Counted from the first letter of the stretch, positions 25,866 to 38,600 are shown. The stretch: 64,000 nucleotides of DNA from Antechinus flavipes (GCF_016432865.1 NC_067398.1:3038001-3102000), one strand, 5' to 3'. Numbers and translations: made by a program. The notes: generated by a model not told the origin, from the sequence alone.

Positions 25866-26739
25866 TACTAACAAATAAACCAAAACCAGCTTTGCATGTC
25901 TGCAGAATGTGAATGTTGCGACATTTTTAAAGCCAAAAGAGTCCCCTGTGCCCGCCTCCCCCCCCCCCAAGCAACCTGGACTTTACTGCCTTCTCCTCAA
26001 TGTTTAACCCTTAAGGAGAAAATGCCCCCAAGTAGGAAAAGAGCTCACATGTCACCAAAGCAGACTGCTCCAATTTCTGCCACACCCGGAGTCCAATTCC
26101 ACCCCTGGGGTGAGTTACTGCCCCACTGGTTAGTTACAACCCCCCTCCCCCAACTGATTAGTTATAAGGCACCCCCCCACTTTATCACTCATGTTAAAAT
26201 AAGACAGAATTGCACTTGGCCAACAAGGTCTGTGAATGCAGTCACAAAGGGGGCGCAGAAATGGCACCTGGTGCCTGTGGCTCTCTGGGAGTTTGACAAG
26301 TGAGTCAGAAAAGCAGGATGAGAATGGGGAGGAATGCAGGAGAACCTCTAGAACTAGACCCTAATGGATCAGAACCAAGTCACTGAGACCAAACCCAGAA
26401 GTCCTCAGGTTCCACAATGGCCTGAACATGGGCATGTGGACAAAAGGCACCAGGGACAGGAACAGGAGCTTCCAATGAGCATTTACAACATTACCATAGT
26501 TAATGTGCTCATTAAGAAACAAAGTCAGCAGAAGGAGTAGCTGTACGTGGCACCGCTCCACCCTAGCCCTCCACCCACATAGGACGGTCTCCTCCATTTC
26601 TGAGGCTTCCCTTTCCCTAACAGAAGCCGGGCAAGACCACTCTCCAGACGGCCACCTTGGCTCCTTCTTCCCCTACCTGGTTCCAGCATCCTCGGGAGCT
26701 CCCGCCAACCGCACATCCCTGTCTCTATGGGGAATACTG

Positions 26740-27145
26740 GAGGCCCCTCAGTCATCCTCAATCCCTGCTGCCCCGTCCCCACATTTGCCAGTGCTCTGGA
26801 TTCTTTCCTCACATCCTCTTACCCACCTCACCCCTCCATGGTTCCCTCCCGGTTTTCCTCCTGGCCCCCTCCTGGCCCTCCACAGGGTTCTCTCCTGGTC
26901 CCCCATGTGGTTTCCTCCTGGTTTCCTTCATGACTCCCCTCTTCATCCCCCACTTGGCTCCCTCCATCCCCCTGGGCTAATGGCTGCTTCTGGTCCCCAT
27001 GTGGCTCCCTCCTGGTTCCCTACATGGATCCCTCCTGTTTTCCCTCCTCATCTCCCACGTGGCTCCCTCCTAGTCCCCCCTGACTCCCTTTTGGTCACCC
27101 ACGTGGCTGGCTCCCTCCATCCCCTTGGGCTAGCGGCTGCTTCAG
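26740..27145. repeat. degenerate pyrimidine-rich minisatellite
   Basis: Recurring catgtggttccctcc(tgg) units. The block ggctccctccatcccc(c/t)tgggcta.(t/c)ggctgcttc is duplicated near 26955 and 27108. Confidence 0.6.
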
Positions 27146-27771
27146 GAGCCCCTTTCTCAGCTTGTCTGCTTCAAGCCTTTCCTCCTTCAGGGTAACCTCA
27201 GAACCAAGGTCACACGGGATGGATTCCTTCATTGTCTCCTCTGCCCTCCCAGGCTCATTCCTGTTCCCCTTCCCACATTCTGCATCCTCGTCTCCCGGGG
27301 CTCCCCATGCACCCCCAAAAGACCCAATCTCTCTTTTCTTCCCCTGCCTCCTTCCCAACCAGGGGCACAGGTGATCCGAGGTGCCCAGTGCCCCCCAAAC
27401 TTGGGAGGCTCCCAGAGCTCTCTCCTCCTTTGTGGTCAGGGAAAGGCTCCCCAGCCCTGCTGTGGCTCCCGGCTCTTGAGGAATTAGTGCTAATTAACCT
27501 CAGTAATGAGGTTATAAATAATCCTCACTAACCTTGCCTATTCCCCTGATCCTCCCCCACACCTTCTCACCTGCTTATTCCCACCTCCTCCTTTGCTCTT
27601 CCCAGTACAGTACTGATTTCAAGAGCCCCCCTCCTGGAGACGTCCACACTCCCTGGTCTCCCGTCTTTTCCCTCTGGGCAGAACCTCCAGAAAAAGCCCC
27701 CCTCCAGACCAAGCTCCCACTGGTTATCAGTGTGTCTGCCCTAAAACACACGCTACATACCCACAGTGACA

Positions 27772-27772
<1 letters not shown>

Positions 27773-27816
<44 letters not shown>

Positions 27817-27826
27817 ACACACACAC
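27773..27826. repeat. (CA)n microsatellite
   Basis: Near-perfect AC run with one TA interruption. Confidence 0.95.
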
Positions 27827-28394
27827 TTGAGGCAGGGGTGCCCCCTCTGCTTCTCCTGCTCAGCCAGATAGCCTGGGGGGAAGCACAGCATAGGAGCCCC
27901 GTCCTCGGCCAGGACCCGGCTGCCTCTCGTGGCTGCCCCGGTCAGTGCCCTGGACAAGCTGCCTCCTGGCTGCTCCCCTCAGCACAGCGGCCTTGTGCAA
28001 GGAGCCTGTCCACCCCGCTGCCACTGATGCCGGGGGACGCATCTCCCCGGTTCTTATGTTAGAGCGGACGGCAAGATGGCATTTCTAGAGGCCGTGGGCA
28101 CTCCAAACTTGGCCAATGTTCAATCACAACTCTGAGCCTAAGTCCTTCTGCCGGCTGGCGGCTGCTCTCCTCCGCTGCCTGGCAGCCATGAGAAAGGAGA
28201 GCTCCAACATATCCAGATGCCGGGCAATCACGGCAGGAGATGTTTCCATCTCCGAGGATTCTGCTCTGGCTCAATCCATTCCATAGTGGACCACCCGTTT
28301 CTACATCCTGGATATGAGCAGAGACACTTGAACAAATGCTTCCCCCGAACCTAGGGAAGTGCTGGCCTGACCTCAAGCTGTTCCTCTGGTTCTA

Positions 28395-28479
28395 GACCGC
28401 CCCTCGCCATCCTGGTACACGTGGACCGCCCCTCGCCATCCCGGTGCACATGGACCGCCCTTGCATCCCGGTACACATG
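28395..28479. repeat. 29-bp tandem repeat, about 3 copies
   Basis: gaccgcccctcgccatcctggtacacgtg; units start at 28395, 28424 and 28453. Confidence 0.85.
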
Positions 28480-28949
28480 TGAGCTAAGTGCCATTGATGG
28501 ATGAGACCTACGTGGGCATTCCCCTTGTCTCACGGATCTTTAACCCTCCCGGGCTGCCCGACCCAATAATTACACCATTGTCCAAACCACAAAATACACG
28601 ATGAAACAGGGTCTCCAGGAAGGGTCACTTTCCTGAGACACCTGAGCACCGGGCCCCAAAGATCCATACTGTGAGTCACCTCCCCAGAGTCCCCCAGGCA
28701 GGAGGAGAGAGCGAGCTTATACATAAAACTGCACAAGGAAGCGATAGGAAAAACGCTAACGGGTCCAACAGTGAAAACATTCCCACTAAGACGTAAACTA
28801 TGAACTCCTCGGGAGGTACATTAATGGGATACATATGTTGGCGCGCGAGCTAATTCGGAAAGCAGATGGCGCGTCTCCTAGGAGAGGGGTCAGATGATTG
28901 AATAACTCGGCCATCTTCATAAATTCATCTCCCCCGACAAGAAGCAGCC

Positions 28950-29232
28950 GGGGTCCGCGAGCCGGCCGGGGGCGGGGGCTCGGAGCGACTCCGGCACCTC
29001 GTCTGAGGAATGTTCTGAGCAGCCTCGGCGCTCGCCGACAGCGGCAGGAATGTTGGCAGGCCCGTCTCCCCCATGGAAAGGGCTTTGCGAGCTGTCCGCC
29101 CCCAGAACGCTGGAGAGCCTGAAACCTTCTGCAGCTTCCTGAGCTGCCTGCGCCCTCCCACTGTGGGCTCCGGCGAGCGAGCGAGGAGCGAGCGAGGGGA
29201 AGAGAGCCGCAGACGCTGGGAAGCAAGGCAAG
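28950..29232 (+). other. OGN: candidate non-coding first exon of OGN (start approximate)
   Basis: CpG-rich block after a TATA-like CATAAAT (28918-28924), ending in a strong donor GCAAG|GTAGGC (29233). The next + strand acceptor (30038) precedes the OGN ATG. Confidence 0.55.
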
Positions 29233-30113
29233 GTAGGCTCTGTAAGCGCCGCGTGTCGCGATCAGGGTGACTGTAAACAGTCGTCCCCAGCTGCAAGAGC
29301 AGTTTTGAAGGCGGGCTCCGCAGACTTTAACATCAATCTTGAAGGGATCTTTTCGGAGCCTCGGCCGACTTCAGATTCGGGGCAGGAGGTCCAAGGTGCT
29401 GCCCTGGGTCCCTGTCGGGGGGCTGTCCTTGAGGGCCGAGGGCTCGTGTGCAGTCCCGCCCAGACCACTGCTGGGAAGTGGCCCCCACCCCCATCGCAAA
29501 TGCTGCTGGGTTTGCCCCAGGCCCTGGGGAAAGTGCGTGCCCCAAGTGCCTCCTTCACAAACACACCGAAGGACTCCCTGGAAGGGGGCGGAGGTGGGGG
29601 GAGGGCAGTTTAGCTGAAATCACCAAGTGAAGACAAATATGAAGGATTTAAGGCTTTTAAAAAACGTGCGATGGAGACAAGTAGTTCTTGTATTTATCTG
29701 GAAGCTCAAATGGACGGTCGCTTCCTTGGAAACGGGCCACGTTTAGATCCCGCAGAACAGGCACGCGTCCACCTAGCAGCGAGCGGCAATAAGGCGACCC
29801 TGCCTCGGCTCTGGGGTCCTTTATTGCTTTCATGTTAATGATACAAAGAGAGACAGGATGGCAGGCGTGTGATGGCCCCACGTAGAGCGGGTAGAACAAA
29901 GTGCCGCAGGATTGTTCACTCTGCTAAAGGGAACTCTGAAGCCCCCCGGGGAAGTTCAGCAGCTGGTTAAGATGGGGGAAGCCTGGGGCCGGCCCTGTGG
30001 CTCTCGCCAGTCCTGTCTCTCTCCTTCTTTGCTTTTAGGCCCCCAAGAGGGAATAGAAGCCCACCCAGCGGCCTCCTCAGAGACCCCTGCCGCCGCCCCT
30101 GGTCTGGGCCGCC

Positions 30114-30260
30114 ATGAATACCCCGCAGGCCGCCTTGGTCTGGCTTCTCCTGGTGCCCTGGGTGAAGCCGGCCCCGCCCGCTGCACAGAGCTCTCCCACA
30201 GAGACCTTTGGAGAAATATGGGATTATGAGGAGCCGCCGCGGGACGGGGGAGACATGAAG
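30114..30260 (+). CDS. OGN: osteoglycin (mimecan) first coding exon
   Basis: Acceptor ttttAG|gc (exon starts 30039), ATG at 30114, donor AAG|GTATCA. Encodes MNTPQAALVWLLLVPWVKPAPP, similar to the recalled human signal peptide MKTLQSTLLLLLLVPLIKPAPP. Confidence 0.88.
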
Positions 30261-31249
30261 GTATCAGATTTCTTTTATTCTACAGGCGCACGCGGTTGCT
30301 CTCGACGCCATTTGCTCCTGAACAAAAGAGGCTCCCGTTTAAGTGATTTAAAGTCTCTCCTCATCATCTCTGTCCCAAAGTGGATTCCTGGGACGATTAA
30401 AGTGAGAAGTGTCAGTCAAGGTGACCTAAGAGTCCCTGGGAAATGGGAAAGAGCAGCAAAGGGCCCATTGTGCTCGGCCCCGGCCCCTCCCCACAGGGCT
30501 GCAGCCCATGTCGGCCGGGTTCTCCGGGGCGACGGTCCCAGGGTGATTCAGATATGGGAATGGGACCAGAAAGTACAAGAAGCATTTAATTGGGGAGTAC
30601 TTGTAAGTCCCCCTAGAGATCGCTGACCTAAGAAGGGACAGCTTCCTAGACTGGGCCAGGAGGACGGTGGAGACCTTCTGGTATCTCCCTCCTGGGGGTT
30701 CTGGCCCCAGGGAAAACAAGCTGCTGCCGTACCTCGGTGGTCCCATGTCGTGTGGCCTGAAGACCACGCCGGAGAGGCTGGCCCGGATATCCCATGATAA
30801 AAACCAGTGTAGATGAGGGGTTTCAGTTTACTAAGGATGAAAAATAAAAGGGAATTTCTAAATGGTCACACTGGTGGCTCCCAGGGTGCACCTGGTCCAC
30901 ACTTCCAGTTGAGGGGAGCACGTAGCGCCCAGGGAGGTCGTCATGGAATCAGAGCAGAAAGAGGTCCCTGCAATCATCTAACCCTACTGTGCGCAGACAG
31001 CACGGGACTCTAATGTGTGTTCCTCCAGCTTCCCATTAATGACAACAAACCACTAAAATGGAGGTGTGCAAAACTCCTTACATGAATCCTCTAATCTTCT
31101 CCTGTGAGGAAGGTGATGGTATTATTCCTGTTTTATAGAAAAGGAAACTGAGGCAGAGGACAGCTAGGGTCTGAGTTGGGATCTAAATGCAGCTCTTGCC
31201 GACCCCAAGCTCAGGGAGGTCTCCCATAGCCCAGTCAGCTTCCTAGCTT

Positions 31250-31370
31250 GTGCCCAATGACTTCACATGCCCAATGCCTCCATGTGTCCAAAGGCTCCAC
31301 ATGCCCAATGCTTCCAAGTGTCCAGTAGCTTCACCTGCCCAATGCCTCCATGTGCCTAGAGGTTTCATGC
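31250..31370. repeat. 34-bp tandem repeat (17-bp subunit) containing CCAAT
   Basis: gcccaatg recurs at 31252, 31269, 31303 and 31337. Confidence 0.75.
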
Positions 31371-31721
31371 GCCCCCGTGTCGTGTCTTTTTCAGGCTGAC
31401 CCATCCCCTTCCCTTCCTCAACAACCTCTGGGTATCCATCCCTTTTGATGGATCCCTTTTGATCCATCCAGGCTTCCCTAAAATGTTACCTGACAACAGC
31501 CTCCAGAGGAGGCACAGCCTTGCATGGCAAGGAGAGGGGGTCGCTATCCCCTCCCTGGTTCTAGGCACAGCATCCAGACAAATTAATGCACCTCCTTCTC
31601 CCCCATTAGTGCTGGCTCAAGACTCCCTTCTGTCCCACCCCATGCCCCCATTACAAATGATCTATAGGGTTTGCCTTTTGGCTAAGTCAAATAACCTGGG
31701 TCACCTGTATTCTTCTAATAG

Positions 31722-31803
31722 AGAAACGAGATCCTGACAATCCTACACGACTTACAGAAAGACGAAAGCACGACGGAACAGCCAGAAAGAGCTGAAGCTG
31801 GCG
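31722..31803 (+). CDS. OGN: osteoglycin coding exon
   Basis: ctaatAG|AGA AAC...GGC G|GTAAGG, 82 nt, phase 0/1, joining the flanking exons in frame. Encodes RNEILTILHDLQKDESTTEQPERAEAG (LQKDE is shared with human). Confidence 0.85.
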
Positions 31804-32247
31804 GTAAGGAGGCCGGGCCGGGCGGGAGTGGGCGGGGGGCGTGGGCTGTACCCCCAGAACTTGTGGCCCGGTGGGAGTTGATTCAGCAGGAAATGACCAG
31901 AGCAGCAATGGGCATCCCCATCCCGGAAGCAAAAGCTCTTTGTCTACACCTGTATGGAGCCCAGTCCCTCCCCAGTGTGTGAGGCAGGGAGGCAGGGAGG
32001 GAGGGAGGGGAATGGGGAGCCTCAGCACAGGGCCTGGCACAGAAGAGATGCTTTAAAATGCCTGGAGGCTGACTGACTAAGCCAATGTGTCAGGGAAGGG
32101 GAGTTCTCCAGATTAGAAGGAAGCCAGAGAAGTGGCGCTAGGGCACAGTGCCCCCCAATAGCGCGCTCCCTCACAGTGCCCCCCCCATACACGTGATATG
32201 CAAGAGTCGAATCTGGGACCAACAAATGCTTTTAAAAGGCCTCTCTA

Positions 32248-32433
32248 TGCACACATATATTGTATCTAGAATATACTGTGATCTATTTAACATGTATAGG
32301 ACTGCTTGCCATCTGGGGGAGGGGGTGGAGGGAGGGAGGAGAAAAGTTGGAACCGAAGTGAGTGCAAGGGATGATGTTGTATAAAATTACCCAGGCAGGG
32401 GTTCTGTAAAGTTATAATTATTAAAAAAAAAAA
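32248..32433 (+). mobile_element. 5'-truncated LINE-1 3' end with poly(A) and a degenerate TSD
   Basis: tttaacatgtataggactgcttgccatctgggggaggggg...aaaattaccc...poly(A). Flanks are tttt/aaaaggcctctcta (left) and aaaagcctcccta (right). Confidence 0.75.
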
Positions 32434-32613
32434 AAAAGCCTCCCTAAGTTCTCATCCCCGCGGAGACGGCTGTCCCTTCAACCACTCAGCGGGGTCTGGA
32501 TCTGCCACCTGAGGGGGAGAGTCTGAATGCAGAAACCCTCCCCTGGGAAGGGGCTGGCCGGGGCGGGAGGGCTCTCTGGGCCCGCCGTGGCTCACCACCC
32601 CATCGTCCCTTAG

Positions 32614-32772
32614 AAATGCCGACCTGCCTCCTGTGCGTCTGTCTCAGCGGCTCCGTGTACTGCGAGGAGACGGACATCGATGCCGTGCCCCCCTTGCCCA
32701 AGGAGACGAACTACCTGTACGCCCGTTTCAACAAGATCAAGAAGATCACGGCCAAGGACTTTGCGGACATCC
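32614..32772 (+). CDS. OGN: osteoglycin coding exon
   Basis: cccttAG|AA ATG CCG...ATC C|GTAAGT, 159 nt. Encodes [19 protein letters not shown]...KDFADI, the class III SLRP cysteine cluster. Confidence 0.96.
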
Positions 32773-34713
32773 GTAAGTGAATTACATTTCTGTGAATCCT
32801 AACTCAGACAGAAAGGGGCATTTCTATGTCGAGAGCAGAAGAGAAGGCTCCGTGTGAGACCGAGAGGCTCCGCGGGCACGGCCCGCTTGGTTTGTTTTTA
32901 AACTTTCCGCAGGCGCTCCTCCCGAACCTTCAGCACTCAGGACAGTGCCTGGCACAGGGCGGGCCGCGGGGCCGCCAATGGCGTTTATAGGTGACTGTGT
33001 TAGGAGAAATGGCGGCAAAAGTGGGCAGAACCAGGAGAGCCACGTATACGATGATCACCACAACCTAAAGACAAACAGTTTTTTTCACTCACTCTTCTGC
33101 GTGCAGCCACTGGCCCCGGAGAGGGGCTGGGATGAAGCGCGCCGCCATGCTCTGATGGCCCAGCAATAAATGCAGGGCTCGGGCCGAAACACACGCCCGG
33201 GTCCGCGTCTGTGTTTGGGGGTGACACGGCCAGTGTGGGCGCTTGTTTGGCTTGTCTGTGTGTATCTGTTCAAGGCCGTTGTCTTTTCTTTATCCCCCAA
33301 TGGGAAGGAGGGAAGGAAAGTAGGAGGGAAAGGGGAAAAAAATTCATTGAAAAGAAATTTAGTTTAAAAAACTCTGTCCAACATTTGAAAACCTGTAGAC
33401 ATGATGCCCGGTGAACGCGACGCCCCGTGAACGCCTTTCTATTCTTTTCTGTGGATGTTTTTAAAAGAACTATCCTGGCCTTTATTTGCCATCATACTGC
33501 TAACCCTCCTCCTGTCTTCCACCCCACTCCCACTGAGGGAAAGCAAAGAAACAGCCAAACAAAATGAAACAAGGTCTTGGAAAAGCGAGTGGGATCGCTG
33601 TCCTCAGCGCCCATCACTCTCAAGGGGGAAGAGGCGAGCAGCCTCTGTCCCACGTCTGTGTGCTCATGCGTCACCAGAATCGAAGATTTTCCAAAATGGG
33701 GGCGGGGGGACCTGCCGTCCTCCCCGTTTCCTCCAGGCGGCATTTTCTTCCTTCCACATTTCCCTCCTTTCCACACTAGGAGAGCCTGCTTTCTATGCCC
33801 CTTCTCTTTCCAAACCGATCCACTGAGAACCTGGCTCCCAGAAGCGCCCATAGCCCTCCCTGATTCACCAGGGGTCTTCTGGAAGCTCCCCGGGCTGCCC
33901 GCTTTGGTGCTAGCTAGTGGTCCACTCAGACTTTCCTCTCTGCTCACAAGTGGAAGGGCATCTCGGACCAAGACTTTATGGCTTCTTTCTTGTCCCTGTT
34001 GCCTCCGGACCAGAGTCCCTTCCTCAGGCTCTTCCTCCTCCACTCTCCAGCCCTGTCATACCCTTCCTCAGAAGCCTTCGTTCCTTTCTTCCTTCCTCCA
34101 AGATACACCGCCAACATCTACAGCCAGCGTTGAAGGCCCTCTGAGGTCCGGCTTCGGCCAGACCCTCCAGTGAAGCTGTGGTTTCCTACCCCCCTCAACG
34201 TTCCAACTGGATGGGGCCCTTGGCCGGCCCCCAAATTTGTATTACCACCTCCCGGCCCTGGGATGAGACCCCTCCTGAGCCCAACATTACAGACCCTCTC
34301 ATCCTTCAGGGCTCAGCTTTGGGGCCGAGAACTGGGCAGGGCTAAGTGATTTCTCCCTCTCTGATTGGTTCTCTCCTCTGCTCTGATGATCCCAGTCGGC
34401 AGCAGGCGTAACCCTTCATCCCCCTTGTCTCCCTGGGGCCTGGACGGTTAGCATAAGCGGGTCCTATCGGAACCTGGTGACTTAATTTCTTGTGACTCAG
34501 TTTCCACATCATGAGAGCACCAAGCTGAGCCAGAGCAGGTGACAAAGAAAGGCTCGATCTCATTTCCTTAGCTGCAGAACAGGTGACTTGGACAATGTGG
34601 CTGCTAAAGGAGTCTACCTCTGTGCTTTTAAATGGTCGTGAAATAGCGCTAGTTTAAGATGAAATAAAATATAATATTTATCAATATTTTTATATGGGGT
34701 TCTTTCCCTCAAG

Positions 34714-34916
34714 CTAACTTAAGAAGGCTCGATTTCACCGGAAACCTGATAGAAGACATAGAGGACGGGGCCTTTTCCAGGCTCTCCCTGCTTGAGGAAC
34801 TCACGCTTGCAGAGAACCGGCTGTTAAAGCTTCCCATTCTGCCCGCTAAGCTGACTTTGTTTAATGCCAGACACAACAAGCTCAAAAGCAAAGGCATCAA
34901 AGCAAACACGTTCAAG
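34714..34916 (+). CDS. OGN: osteoglycin coding exon
   Basis: cctcaAG|CT AAC TTA...TTC AAG|GTAAGG, 203 nt. Encodes [29 protein letters not shown]...GIKANTFK. Confidence 0.96.
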
Positions 34917-35583
34917 GTAAGGGACATCCTTATAACAACTGCTCCAAGGAAACCGACACTGGCCAGAGGGGAAGCCCCCGAGGTTGGTATGCTGTCAGTC
35001 AGCTGGGCTCTGATTGCCAGCTTGAGGGCCTTGGGCCTAGTGGCTGAAACAAGGCCTCTGTGCCCTTCTGACCAGTCCATCCACAGTTGGTCCTCCACAC
35101 CGCAATCCAGCTGGTACTGGTGCTGAAGCCCAGCTTTGTCTGACCACGCCACTCCTCCCACTCCTCTGTGGCTCCTCAGTGCCTCCAAGCCAGGGCCCAG
35201 AGGCCACTGAGAGCCCTTCCTTCGGGCCCCCTTTCCGGGCTGGCCACACAGGACTCTGCAGCAGGCAGAGAGCCTCCTGGCTCTCCCACATTCTGTCCCC
35301 TCTAGCCCACGTGACTTTGCCCAGCTGTCCCCCAACTCTAGAATGATAGAATCCCCGGTTCCCTTCCAAAGGCTGGGGGCTCAGGGTGCCTTCTGCAGAG
35401 CCTTTCCTGATGGCCCCCACCTCCCAAACTACCCTGAGCCAAGACCAATGGGAAAGAGCCCCAGCAAAGGAGCGCGAGGCCCTCGGGTGAGCCCCACCTG
35501 CCTCCTCCTCAGCGGCTCCCCCAGTTGCAGCTCCTAGTTAAGACCTCTAAGGAAGGTTAACCCAGAAGCCCTTCTTCCCCCAG

Positions 35584-35679
35584 AAGCTGAAGAACCTCTC
35601 CTTCCTCTATCTGGACCACAACGACCTGGATTCCGTGCCGCCGCATTTGCCTGAGAGCCTGAGAATCCTTCACCTTCAG
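35584..35679 (+). CDS. OGN: osteoglycin coding exon
   Basis: ccccAG|AAG CTG...CTT CAG|GTACGT, 96 nt. Encodes [32 protein letters not shown]. Confidence 0.96.
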
Positions 35680-35832
35680 GTACGTGGTGCTCTGGAACAC
35701 GCAGTTGGGCCTAACCCAAATTTATGCCGATGGGAATCACCTCATTCTTTGACCCCGAATGCAATCCCAGCAGCCCCCACATTGCCTGACCCTGCTAGGC
35801 CATAATACCTGCATTTGGCTGATTAACTGAGT

Positions 35833-35833
<1 letters not shown>

Positions 35834-35875
<42 letters not shown>
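35834..35875. repeat. (GT)21 microsatellite
   Basis: Perfect GT run in an OGN intron. Confidence 0.95.
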
Positions 35876-35876
<1 letters not shown>

Positions 35877-36578
35877 TGAATCTCCTTCCTTCCTTTCTCT
35901 TACCACCCTTCTTTCCTCTCTCCTTTCTCCCCTCCCTCTTTGTCTCCCCTCATAGACTCAGGGCTTAATCACTGCATTAACTCAAGGCCTCGAGTCCTTC
36001 CAAGTTGTTTCCTTGCCAGCGCTGCGGTCTTTTTATGAATTGTTAGTTCTGCCCTTCTCTCGGTCTTTTCCGTTTCCTCTGAAACTGCCCGTTCCATCGT
36101 TCCTTCCTCATAGCTCCTATCATTTCCTTACACTCACACACCGGCCTTGTTCAGTCTCCTTCCAATACAGAGCCAGACCCTTGGTTTGCAACCCGGTCGC
36201 TAACAAAAGACTTGCAGAAATGCCCGTTCCTTTGCTCTTTCTCTGACCTCTTTGGGACGTCCATACTAGAGTTTTCGAGCGGGGTCAGAGGTTCTGCTCA
36301 TTTCGGTGATTTCTCCAGTATGACCCCAAATTTGAGGCGCCTGGTCCATGTCTGAGGATGCCCCCAAACTCTACCTTGCAGAGGAAGGCTTTCCCCATTG
36401 CTTTATGGGTGGCTCAGACCAAGCCTGTCCAAGTCTTCCACCCCAGCCGGGGGCTTCCCGGGCTTGAACCACCCACCTTGCCCTGGACGAGCAAACATGG
36501 TACATTTAGGGAGGACGTTTGTCTTTCCACACTCAAGGACAACTGGGAGCTTCCTAACCTGTTTCTCTTGTGTCACAG

Positions 36579-36749
36579 TTTAACAACATAGCCGACATCA
36601 CGGATGATACATTCTGCAAGTCCAACGACACGCGCTACATCCGCAGCCGCGTGGATGAGATCAGAATGGAAGGCAACCCCATCCTCCTGGGGAAGCATCC
36701 CAACAGTTTCATCTGCCTAAAGAGACTGCCCACTGGAACCTACTATTAA
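36579..36749 (+). CDS. OGN: osteoglycin terminal coding exon
   Basis: tcacAG|TTT AAC AAC...TAT TAA, 171 nt. Encodes [22 protein letters not shown]...[17 protein letters not shown]. The six exons total 858 nt (285 aa). Confidence 0.96.
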   Translation, partial: FNNIADITDDTFCKSNDTRYIRSRVDEIRMEGNPILLGKHPNSFICLKRLPTGTYY

Positions 36750-37335
36750 CTGAGGCGCACTCAGCCCCACGTACCCCTAAAGGGAAAGCCAGCTGTCTGC
36801 TTACCTCTCATTTAAAGGATCTATAGTCTCGTTTAACGATATTTTTGTATACTCTTGGCAGCTTTCAGACACCTACACCTTTTTTTGTTCTTTTTTAAAC
36901 TAGAGTATTTAGAAAACTTTACATCTACCTTACATTGTGAGTTCAAAATGTAACATAATGTGAATAATGGAGACTAGTCAGATAAACATCACCACACACC
37001 CCACTTGGTTCATGGCAAGATGTCGGCACACTGTGACAACGTCTCTGTGGCTGCGTCTCAGCTGGGGGCACCTTCTCATCGCTACCAACGTGTAAGTGTG
37101 GGCACACACCCAGGACTGGCTCTCTGATGCCCTTCCTTCTCGTTCCTGCCTGAGGATGCCTCCCTGGCTCAAAGTGAAATATTTTCAGGCACCCACAGTT
37201 TTTGCAAGCTGGACTGACATCGGTGAGGGACTCATTACTGTCGTAGGCCGTGAAATATGGTAGAGTTTGCTACAAGACATGTGTCTATACCATACTTTTC
37301 AACTGGAGAAAACTCCATTCCTTTGGTCAAGTCCC

Positions 37336-37341
37336 AATAAA
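37336..37341 (+). terminator. candidate OGN polyadenylation signal (AATAAA)
   Basis: AATAAA about 590 nt after the stop codon. Confidence 0.35.
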
Positions 37342-38464
37342 ATGTTCATTTACAGGAAGTGACTCTGGTTTGTGGAGGTCCACTCGAGACGACTTCTTTG
37401 GCAGCATTCCCAGAATGCTTTCATTCTCGGGGGAGGGGCTGCTCCCTACAGCTCAGAGGGGGTTACCATAAACAGGAACATCCCCTCCCTTTTATAAGCT
37501 TACACAAGGGTTAAAGGGAAAAGCAAAATTAGATTTGGGAAACAATCTCTGGTCTTCTGATCCTGGTCTAGTCCTGTTTCTCCAGCCCAGGAGACTACAT
37601 CTAGTGGGGGGAATGCACCTATGCTGCCAGTTGAGCCCATGTTTCATATGTAGTTTCAAGGAAGAGCTCAGCCCCATCCTCCTGGGCTAAATCACGAGAG
37701 GCTTTGGTGGACCCAAGACCTGTGGACATCCCTCCCACAGAGAGCGATTACAAGGTCTCCTCTTCCTTCCTATCTTCCCATCCCAGCCAGGGCCTTGCCC
37801 AAAGCCTCCATCAATGGCCCACACAACAGACCCCAGACGTTGTATTATTGCAGGACTATAGGCTCCCGCACGTGCCCAGCCCACACTGAGACCACGTCGT
37901 ACACCCAGCTCACCACTGGTCACTCGTACAGCCCAGCCATCCCTGATGTATTCATTTCCATTGACCTGTGGGTCACCTACACTTATTTTTCTGAGATCGC
38001 GGTCCCTATGGTTAATAGACAGTATCCATGGGATGGCAGCAGAACTTAAAAGCCAAGCTCCTGCAGCTCAGGGACATGGAAGGCTATTTGTCACTTCCCA
38101 AATGTGCCCACTAGTCTCTTTGATTCATTATCCATGACGCAGGTAGTCAACGACACAGAATCACCTGAACGATAAGCACTTCTCAGCTTCTTCCCTTCCC
38201 CTTGTAGATGAACAGGAGACTCTCTCTGGAAGGAAGCTGGATTTGATTGGGGAGGTCCTAGAGTGATCCATAGCTTCTAGGTGCAAATCAACAGATCTCT
38301 GTTAAACTATATCATTTATATGACAACACTTTGGAGTTGAAAGAGCCTCCAAGAGTCCCTTGGCCAATCTGTAAGAAAAAAAATCCCCAACAAAAACCAT
38401 CCAAGCAGCAGTGAGCTAGTCTATGCTTGACGACCTCCAACGATTGCACATATTTAACCTATAT

Positions 38465-38600
38465 CACAATGGGTACAGGGAGGTAAGGGAGGCAGGGAGA
38501 AAAATTTAGAACCCAAAGTTTTACCAAAATGAATGTTGAAAACTATCTTTGTGGGTTTTTGAAAAAAAAAAATTTTAATTGGGAAGAAAAAAAAAAAGAA
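38465..38600 (+). mobile_element. LINE-1 3' end fragment with A-rich tail
   Basis: gggaggcagggagaaaaatttagaacccaaagttttaccaaaatgaatgttgaaaactatc followed by A-runs. Confidence 0.65.

Noticed and set aside
26503-27195. 230-aa Pro-rich ORF
   Set aside because: Translation of the degenerate pyrimidine-rich repeat.
27534-27957. HT/CV dipeptide-repeat ORFs
   Set aside because: Readings of the (CA)n microsatellite.
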